NCBI RefSeq assembly: GCF_009914755.1 | Contig: NC_060928.1 | Origin: the human T2T-CHM13v2.0 reference genome, Homo sapiens | Length of the DNA stretch: 64,000 bases | Direction: 5' to 3' (one strand) | Part shown: piece by piece, positions 54,122-64,000 of the stretch | Position numbering within the stretch: the first letter of the stretch is position 1 | Layout of the letters: every line of letters begins with the position of its first letter | The notes under the pieces: generated by a model | Seen by the model: the letters and a program-made list of their open reading frames with translations, nothing else | The model's database searches: none | What the model was told of the DNA's origin: nothing | Position numbers and translations under genes: made by a program

Positions 54122-54642
54122 CGTATGGCTGGATTGTGTCCCCCAAAATTCCTATGTTGAAATTCTAACCCCTGGTACAAAAGAATGTGACCATATTCAC
54201 AGATAGGGCCCTTAAATGATCATTAGACTATTAGGGTGGGCTCCAATCCCATTTGACTGGTGTCCTTATAAGAAGAGGAGATCAGGACACAGACAGAGGC
54301 GGGAGTGGTGGTGCACACTGATACTCCCAGGCAGGAGGATCGATTGAGCCCAGGAGTTTCAGGGCTGCAGAGAGCTATGATTGCACCACTGCATTCCAGC
54401 CTGGGTGATGGAGCAAGACTCTGTTTCAAAAAATCAAACTACAAAAAAAAGACAGGCACAGAGGGAAGACCACATAAAGACGAGGGAGAAGGCGGCGTTT
54501 GCAAGCCGAGGAGGGAGAAACCAACCCTGCCGATACCTTGATCTTGGACTTCTGGCCTCAGAACGGTGTGAGAATCTGTTTCTGTGGTTTAAGCTGAGCC
54601 CTCTGGGGTACGTTGTTACGGAAGCCCACGTCAGCTAATACA
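54122..54642 (+). mobile_element. MLT1A/B-like LTR with a nested FLAM-type Alu monomer (~54298-54450)
   Basis: gattgtgtcccccaaaattcctatgttgaaattctaacccc…gactggtgtccttataagaagagga…cttgatcttggacttctggcctcagaac…gctaataca. Alu monomer ggaggatcgattgagcccaggagtt. Confidence 0.85.
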
Positions 54643-56508
54643 GCTTCCTGTGTGAACAGAACATCCTGGACAAAAACCCAGGGGCGGGAGGCACATGCGC
54701 GTTTTGGGATCAGGGTGCATCCTGTTGGTGGAGTGTGACTTATGCTACACCAGAGGGGGTTTGGTGGGAACAGGGCCCAGGGCAACCACTCAGGGCCTCG
54801 TCTGTCAGGCCGGGAGACCCGGACTCTTACCTGTGGAGATGTGGAGCTGGGAATGACGCTGTCCCGAAAAACAGGAGGTAGCCAGGGGACGAGAGGGAAG
54901 TAGGGATGCTCCAGGCAGAGGACACAGCTTGCGCAAAGGCCTGGAGGTGAGAGAGCAAAATGACCCCCATTCCAGATGATTGAGCTTGGGGAACCGTGGG
55001 AGTGGGGTTAGCCAGGGTTTAGATGGGCTGAGCAAGACAGACTCTCAACCTCCTTCTTTAAGACAATTTAGCAATCGTGGGTGCTTTCTCCATGCATGTG
55101 GCAGCAAAGGAGGGTGGCTTAACAACGTGAACTCCCAGGATTGCTGAAGAGAAAGAGATGATTTCACTCATGGTACCAGGAGCGCAAAGTATTACCAGAC
55201 AGCCACACTCACAGCTGCCTTTCTCACCGCTCACTGTCAGCGTCACGGGTGGAGCCTTCATCCCTGAAGACACCGTGGAGGCGGGACACCTTTGCCAGGA
55301 CAGTTCCATGATGCAGGGCCCTGTCTGCTTTTCTTCAGCTGAGGGGAAGAGAGAAGGGACGTTTGCTGCAATTGCCCTTGTGACAGTGGTGGGGTCTGTA
55401 GTTTTCAAGGCGAGTTCAGGAATTCATCCACTTTGGTAAGGGAATAAAGGCTGTGTGAGGAAGATCCAGTTCTGATATGGACGAGGAGGGCAGGGGGGTC
55501 GCCAGCCACCCAGGATTTGCTACGTTTCACACCTGCAGTCTCCTGGCCGTGGTTCCTTGGGCAACATCCTGGCCAGTCTTGCAGTGGGCTCAGCCCTCGG
55601 CTGGTTCTTCTGATCTGCTCATCCTCAGGGAACCTGCCATGGGAAGCCTGCATGAGAGCTCCGGGTGTGTTCATCTCGACTCTGAAGCGTGAACCGTGGT
55701 AAAGCTTTGCTGCTGCAGGACCGGCTAATTGGCAGCTTGAGCATCTGAGCTTCACTGCGGTAGCTTGCATAGTGTCTCATCGCTGAAGTTTCCGAGATGG
55801 GAGACTAGGGGAGGCAGGAGCAGCCGAGGTGGAGTGGGGAAGTGGGGTGGCCTGAGATGGAATGGGGTGCCGGCCCCTGAGGGCTCTGCTTACGGTGGGG
55901 CAGGTGGGGTGGCGGGCACCTCTGGGATTGTAGTTGCAGGACCTGGTGGATGGTGGGAAGGAGGGAGGCCATTTACTGAGACCGCAGAGGAGGAGGAGGA
56001 GGAGGAAGACACGGAGGCTGGAGGAGCAGGGCTGGTTGAGAAAGGAGCCAGCTTCTGCTGGGCCCTGCTAAGTTGGGGGTGGTGCAGGGAGGAAGTGACC
56101 GTGGAGAGGGTGTCAAGGAGTCAGGGGTCATCAGGGCAGAAATGGGGACTGAGTCACTTCCTGGCAGGAGAGGATCCTGGAAGGGGGATGTGTGGCATGA
56201 GCCTCAGAGTAGGCCTGATGTCACCCCCAGGCAGCAGCGACCTTGGGACTCAGCCCCCGCCTTCCTCTGCCTGGGAGTATTTATAGAGGGCCTTCTAGGT
56301 TTCAGGAGCTGGGGCAACTGCTGGGAACAAAACAGACCAACCCCTGCCCTCGTGGGGCCTCCTTTCTAGATGAGGATGGGGGCGCAGAGCAGATGACGAG
56401 GGATGGGTTAGAAGCTGCTGGGTCTACTGAGGGCGGGCGGGGAGTGAGGGGGCTGCCAAGCGGCTTGGCCTCTGCATGGTTGGAGAGCTCAGAATGTGAG
56501 CTTGGACC

Positions 56509-56668
56509 TGCCATGGTGGAGGAAGAGAGGCTAGAAACCAGGGACAGGCACCAGGGCGGCCCCGGGGAGCAATGGGAGTGGACTGAGTGCCGTGGTAGAG
56601 GAAGAGAGGCTAGAAACCAGGGACAGGTGCCAGGGCAGGCCTAGGGAGCAATGGGAGTGGACTGAGTG
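56509..56668. repeat. Two-copy 79-bp tandem duplication
   Basis: gaggaagagaggctagaaaccagggacagg…gggagcaatgggagtggactgagtg occurs twice with period 79. Confidence 0.92.
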
Positions 56669-58516
56669 ACACAGGATGTCCTGGATCTGAGGAGCTAGAG
56701 GCCAGAGAACCAGAGTTCTGAGCGTAGCATGAGGGGACACGCCTGGGGATCCCTCCCCCGAGCCCAGCTGGCACTGGCACCAGGACATGAGGGTGTGGCG
56801 GACGAAGGCACTGCAGCCCCGTCCTCTCTGGCACCTGGGCCCTGAGCACAGACTCTGACTTCACAGACAGGGCTCTAACCCTGGCTTTGCAATAGCAGGG
56901 GCAGGGCCTCTGAGCCAGCGGCCTTAGCAAAGGCCTGACCCGGGGGAGACTTTAAAGTGAGTCTTGAACACCGGCTGGGGATGAGGAAGGGCATTCCAGG
57001 CAGGGGGCACAGCACGCGCAGATGCTCAGAGGACCCTGTGCACATATTAGTGCCACATGTGTGAGTGAGCCCTGAGCCGAGCGTGCCTGGGGTGGGGGCA
57101 TGCAGGGAGTGAGCAGGATGGCAGCCAGAGGGGGGTCCAATGGTATCGGGGGGGCTGTGTACCCATGTGAGGGTGTGGGCTTTTTTGGAGGCCACACCTC
57201 TCCTGGAAGGTCTGCGTGGAGAGTGGCAGGACCAGGTGTGCTCTGCAGCTGCAGGACCGAGGGCTGAGAGCAGGGGTCCACGGAGATGGTGTGGCCCAGC
57301 TGGGCCATGGCCCTGGGTGGAGAGGGGTGCAGTGTGCAGCTGGTGCAGGGTACACAGTTGCATCTGAAGCGTGGTGACTTATTAGACATGGCAGCAGGAA
57401 GGTGAGGACAGGAACCCAGGGAGGAAAAGGCCCTGGGCACTGGGCTTGGAGGCTGGGTCAGGAGCAGAGGGTGATTAGGCCCAGGCGGGCTTCCAGGAGG
57501 AGGGGGCACACCTGCCTGTGCTGAGAGGCAGGGCTGCACAGGGTTGGGCTTGATGACCTGTTTCCCTTCTGAGATTCTGCACATCCTTCTTTGGTGAACA
57601 GCAGTGGTGGCAGCGGTGTCTGCAACAGCAGTGACATCCATGATGTCGTTGGTTCGTCATAAGGTGGTGCCCGTGACAAGGACACGTGGGAACAGAAAAG
57701 AAGCACGCGGCACAGAAGAAGTCAGTTGTGGCGGCCCTCAGAGCCAGCAGATGTGGCCTCTGATCCTGGCGGCTATTAGTGTGAATGATGTGCCCGTTAT
57801 GCAGATGAAGAATTTGGGTTGAGTGGTCGGCTTGAGCCTTCCTTCCTTCCTGGGCCAGTGACGGAAATTGCTGTGGTCAAATGATTCATTCTAGACAGAT
57901 GCTGATCACAGAAGAAATAAAGAGAAGTGCATTCAAACCACAGATAATTCAAGTGCAGGTCTGACAGGGGGTGACCCTGGGTGAATCACTCAATTGCTGC
58001 GAGCCTCCATCTTCCGTCTGCATGAGGTATTGTTAGAAGCATCTACTTCCTGGCGATGTTGTGGGGGCACCTTGAGAGGCAAAGGGCCCGGCTGGTGCTC
58101 GCACCTGGAGCGGATCCTGCTATTACGGGTGTTATCAGGCGGTGATCGCGACAGAACGTGCTGTGTGCGTGGCAAGTGCAACCACTTTGCAGCGTGCCTG
58201 GATAATCCCCAACATCCCTCAAAGCGGGAGGCCAGATTCCCATTTTAAGAAGTGGTGAAACTGAGGCTCAGAACAGCGTTGGAGCGCACGCAAGGTCTCC
58301 TGCTGTGCACGGTGGGCGCTAGTGGAGCCAGGCCTGCCGGAGCCCAAGAACCCTAGACTCACAGACGCTCCCCTTTGAAACACTACAGCTGGGGCATCAT
58401 TTTATAGATGGGGAAACTGAGGCAAGAAACTGACTCAGAGGCCATGACAGGGAGGCAGACGCCAGCTCCGCAGACCCGGGTCCCCGCCTCCCTCTCCAGC
58501 CCTCTCTCCCCGCCCC

Positions 58517-58574
58517 GCCCAGCCCAGCCCAGCCCAGCCCAGCCCAGCCCAGCCCAGCCCAGCCCAGCCCAGCC
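58517..58574. repeat. (GCCCA)n pentanucleotide microsatellite, ~11 copies
   Basis: Seen directly. Confidence 0.96.
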
Positions 58575-59318
58575 TGCCTCCTCCATCAGCTGCACCTGTG
58601 AGGCGGCGCCAGCGACCTCTCCTGGCCCAGGCCTGAATCTGCAACAAAACACGGTGAGCTCTGAGCTTTGCTTCTATAACAAGGACTTCAGCATATGATG
58701 CTTCTGGGGTGCAAAGGATCCCCTAAACACCACATAGTCCATCCTCCCTTGAGAAATGCAGTGCGGACCGTATTGCACCAATACAGCCCCTACCCCCAGA
58801 GGGGCAGCTGGCAAAAACATAACGCAAATCAAAGATGAACTGGGGACATCAGTTATAGAATCACTGGCCCAGCCCCGATGTCTGTGTTCACTCATCACCT
58901 AGGAGTTAGGGATGAAACATATTGAAATGCAAATGAACACCGAGCCAGAGTCAGAGGAGAGGCAAGGGAAAAGGGACAGAGTCTCCTGTTGTCCAGGATG
59001 GGGAAAGGCAAACGCGTGTTGTGGATAGGCTGCGTGTCAGACACGGGCTAGACTTCCAAAGCACATGATTGGGTTGAATCATCCCGACCTTCTGAGTGAG
59101 GATGAGGATTGTCAGCCCAGTTTTATGGCTGGGGAAAACTGAGGCCTGCCCCGGTAGCTGGTTCCAGGTGAGGATGGGAGCCCAGGCTTCCTGGCATTGC
59201 TGTTAAGAGATTGGCCTGGCCACTCTGGAGAGAGAAGAGGAGGACAGACTGCCTCCACAAGGCCCCTCTGCTATCCCGTTAATCTCCTCTGGAGTGGACA
59301 GAGGCTTTTCCCAGTTGC

Positions 59319-59746
59319 TGTGCCAGACCCCTGTTGACTCCAGAAGGGATGGCACCGTGCCCAAGAGGCCACAGAAGAGACCTAGAAACAGCGAATGAGA
59401 CACAGGGTTTATTGGAGGAAGTTACATGCAGGGACAGTCTGCTGGCAGTGGGCTGGACAGGGGAGCCGCTCCAGTTTGTAAGAAGCCTGCAGTTTATGTA
59501 GCTTTTTCCCTCCGCACCCTCCCCCTAGCAACCTCCTCCCAACCCAGAACAGAGGGCCTTGACCCCCGCAGGGCCTGCATTCCAAGGGATGGGCCAGGGC
59601 CTGTTCCTCATGGGTAAGAGGTGAATCTCTGGGTTGGCCACTCCTGGATTCCTTAGCCGGGGACTCGGAAGGCACATTCTTCTTAGGCCATGGAAACATT
59701 CTCTGGGTGTGCTTTGGTGACCTTCATCGGTTTAGGGGCTGCTTCA
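59319..59746 (-). mobile_element. LTR47-like ERVL LTR
   Basis: tgtgccagacccctgttgactcc…gatggcacc…caagaggccacagaagagacc…gagacacagggtttattg resembles the recalled LTR47 consensus. Confidence 0.6.
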
Positions 59747-60594
59747 GGGAAGAAAGGGAAGGGAGCGGAGAATAGGCTTCCTGCTTCTGCTGTTTTCTCG
59801 GTTTCCAAGATGCCACATTTGCGGTAGCGTTGCCAGCACCCATAACCAGTTTCTCATATGGAGAATGGCACTATGAAGTCCCACCCCCTGGCATGGTGGG
59901 GCTTGGTGTGGCCAAGAGGAGAGCTCTGATAGAGATGCCTTCCCCACCCGACACGCTGCTGTGCCCAAGAGCTGGCTTCCCTCCTGCCAGAGGAGATCTC
60001 GGCTCCCTCCAGGACTGTCTCTTCCATGAAGGAGGGGGAGGCCCTTTCCCACGGGCCACTGTGGAAAGGGGAGCGGCTCTGGGCCTTGCCCATGGCCCTG
60101 GCAACTTCACCTGGCATTTCCAAAACTCATAGCTTGATCAAGGTCCTGTCTCTACCTGAGATCTCCAGGCCAGAGCACTGGGTGTGAACCTGAGGATCAG
60201 CTGGCCCCTTCCCTTCTCCCCAGGCCTGGGGCACTGACCCAAGGAGCCCCTGGCTCCATTCATTCCTCCCAGACCTGGGGCACTGACCCGTGGGCCCCCG
60301 ACCCCGCCCACTCCTCCCAGGTCTAGGAGTGGGCTCCCTGAGTATCCCTGGCCCCATTCACTCCTCCCAGGTTCCGGGGCACAGATCCAAGAACCCTCTC
60401 ACCCTCTTTGCTCTGCTTACCCCTCAGAGGACCTGTCCAGCTGCCTGCACAGGCCTCTCTCAGGCCCTGTCCTCCTCTCCATTCTGCTGCTGCCCCCAGC
60501 TGGGCCCAGGCCTGGCCTCCTCAGGGCTCCCTGCCTCCACCCACAGCCTCTGGTGTGGGCTACTTGAAACGCTGTCTGACCACGGACCCCCTGA

Positions 60595-61462
<868 letters not shown>

Positions 61463-61930
61463 GGTGTCAGGCCCCAGCCCACCTGCGCCTGCACTGACCC
61501 CTGCGGTAGATGCCACACCCCTGCTCGAGGCCACTGCTGTGTCCTGCTCTGCCATCCGTTCACTGCTCCAGCCCTGGCAACACGTGGCTCCTTCCTCCCA
61601 AACGCCCTTCCTCCCATCCTCACACAGGATTATAAAGTCCCTCCCACCTTTGAGGCTCAGACACACCTCCTCTGTGAGACCCCTCTGGATTTCACCCTGG
61701 AGAACCTCATCTCCTGGCTCCTGCCAGCTGGCCCGGGGACAGGAATGGTTCCTCCTGGAGGCGGTGGGGTTTGGTCTGCATCCCAGCATGAGCACAGCGC
61801 CTCCGCGTGTCCGCTGGACAAGGATGACTTCTCCTGGGGGATCTGCTGTGGTGAAGACATCACCCTCTCTCAGAAGCAGCTTATTCCTGACGTCCTGACC
61901 AAGCTTTTGTTTCTTTTTTCTGCCCTAAAG

Positions 61931-62004
61931 CTCTACGTGTCATCTGACTTGGGGAAAAAGTGGACACTTCTGCAAGAGCGAGTGACCAAAGACCACGTGT
62001 TCTG
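61931..62004 (+). CDS. SORCS2: SORCS2 internal coding exon (74 nt, phase 0-2; probably exon 5), VPS10 domain
   Basis: Pyrimidine tract ttttgtttcttttttctgccctaaag|CTC and donor CTG|gtgaga. Encodes LYVSSDLGKKWTLLQERVTKDHVF(W), which continues the previous exon in frame (…KESK|LYVSS…). Contains Asp-box SSDLGKKW. Confidence 0.95.
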
Positions 62005-64000
62005 GTGAGAGCACTTCCCCACCCCAAACCCATGGGGCCCGCAGCTCTGGTGAGAGCACTTCCCCCAAACCCTTGGGAGCCCATCCCTGCAGCTCCCTTT
62101 CCTCCTCTGGACCCTCCCCATCCCGGGGCTGGGTCCCCACCGTCCACTGCCTCTGCCTGCAGCCCCACACCCTCCTCATCCCAGGGGAACCCGCAGTCGT
62201 TCTTCCTGCTCCGCATTGGGTGGTATCAGAAATCGTAGAGTCCAGGGGTTGGTGTCCCTCAGGCCACGTTTTTACCCATGAACCAGCTATGTGGCCCTGT
62301 GCCACTGCTGTTCCCTCCCCGAGCCTCACAGCATCCCCAGTGGAGAGAGGTGCTGATGTACACATGTCCCCAGCGCAGCACCCGGCCCACCACTCCGCAC
62401 TCCCTGCCCGACCCCAGGCCCTGACTCAGCCCCTGACTGACAGACCCCGTGGGTGCCGACCCGGCCTGCCTCAGCCCTGCTCTCCTGCTTATCCACACCT
62501 GGGCCCCCCTTCCACTGCTCAGCCTGTCACCCTTCCCAGCCCCTACTGGGTGCCAATGAGCAGGATAAGTTTGGGGTTGTACCCCAGACAAGCCCCCACC
62601 CTGGCCTCCTGAGGAGCCAGACCCGAGAAAGGAGGCTCCTGTCCCAGGCAGAGGGCCACTGGGGGCCCCTGTGTTCCGATGGTGGGTACCAGCCACTCGA
62701 GTGCATCCTCAGGGGAGCCTCTCAGTGTGCCCCCTGAGCACCCCAGCCTCACTGCACGGGGGGCACTCGGCTTTCCTTGAGAAATGTCTGTGGGATGCAT
62801 CTATGAGGGCTGTGGAGGATGAGGGCTTGCCCAGGGTCTTAGGCAGCAGCATGGGGCCAGGAGCCAGTGCAGCCGTTCAGAACTCAGGCCTGCCTCTCTC
62901 CTGCTGGGGCCATATCCCGTCCTTCTGGTCACACTGCCTTTCATGTTACACCGCTCCTTGATGTGCTGATTCCATGGCATTCCTCTTTCTTGTGCGTGTA
63001 CACACACACACACACACACACACAGTGCTAGCCTTTCTCTTTCTTATCCCACGTGTGGAACAGACCATTGCACGGGCCTCCTGCGCAGGCCACAGCCTGG
63101 TCTCCGCAACAGAAAAACACACGGAAAGGGCTTCCTACCCGTCCCGAGGGCTCAGGGCTGGAAGGGGAGCCCGGGCTATCAGCCCTACACACACTCTCTT
63201 GCCCCCTCAGCCTTCCGTTCCAAAGCTCCAATTAAAAACAATATTATTAAGAGGTTCAAGTTGGCGGCTGCAGAGTGGGCAAGGGCCCTTCGTAATGTCA
63301 CGCTGACCGTGGCAGGAGACTGGCGTCCTGGCCACCCCACAGGCTGAAGGAAGCCTTTTTCCTCTGGAATGCCGATGGCTGGTGTACACGCCGTTGGCTC
63401 ATGGGGAGAGGCGACGGCCGTCTGTCTGCGGATTGCCCACGGGAGGGCCCGGTTCCTCCCTCGGAAACCAGAGCACAGCCATCCATCACTGGCCTTGTCA
63501 TTGCTGTCAACTGTCAGCAGCCAGAGCTGCCCTGCCTGGGCCTGAGCGCTCGCAGAGGTGGGGAGCAGAGCCAGGAGGTGCGATTTCTGAGCCAGGTCGC
63601 TCTGGGGGATTGGTAGAGCTCTGTTCACTCCCGGGCCAGGCCGGGCTCATGGACAGCTCTCCAGCCAGAGAAAGAAACCGACCCACAGCGCCCAGAGGGA
63701 AATTGGCGATAATTCAAACGTGTTATTATCTCAGGCAAATCAAATTGTTTCCTCCCCCAAGTTTCCCTGCTGTTACTCGAGGGAATCACAGCAGACACTG
63801 ACCACCACGGCCCCGGCCCTGGGATCTCTCCTGGAGCGTGGTGACAGCGGTGGGGATATCTCCCCTCCCCTTGTAAGCGGTGAATAATGCTGTTTTGACA
63901 GCATTTCCAAGGAGCTCTTTGTCCTTGAACTGACAGCGGGAATTGCCAAAGCCCCGTGTTCTGTCTGAAGCTCAGACTCATTAACGTTTTGTGAAGCTAC

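Noticed and set aside
56875-57641. 229-aa and 162-aa minus-strand ORFs (likewise 18293-18934 and 31432-32031 on +)
   Set aside because: No recognisable domain. Pro/Ser/Ala-rich composition is expected by chance in GC-rich intron.

Overview
Hominoid (most likely human) genomic DNA, shown by Alu, SVA and MaLR content. It lies inside the + strand of SORCS2, a VPS10-domain sorting receptor. Only two coding exons are supportable: 46130-46294 (165 nt) and 61931-62004 (74 nt), each encoding an Asp-box/BNR repeat of the beta-propeller. From memory these are exons 4 and 5. The rest is intron containing Alus, an antisense SVA, MaLR/ERVL LTRs, L1 remnants, DNA-transposon relics, several minisatellites and short local duplications. 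The ORF track is otherwise spurious. I see no new protein-coding system. The best leads are: (1) a candidate TDP-43-repressed cryptic exon at the edge of a 1.1-kb UG tract, with an in-frame 40-aa option; (2) an SVA carrying a ~330-bp 3' transduction; (3) an exact duplicate of the 74-nt exon's splice donor 45 nt downstream, whose use creates a premature stop; (4) an antisense AluJ with a stop-free, in-frame exonisation path; (5) the 165-nt exon's predicted branch point lying in a tandem-repeat unit. Repeat family names come from recalled consensus sequences and repeat boundaries are approximate.
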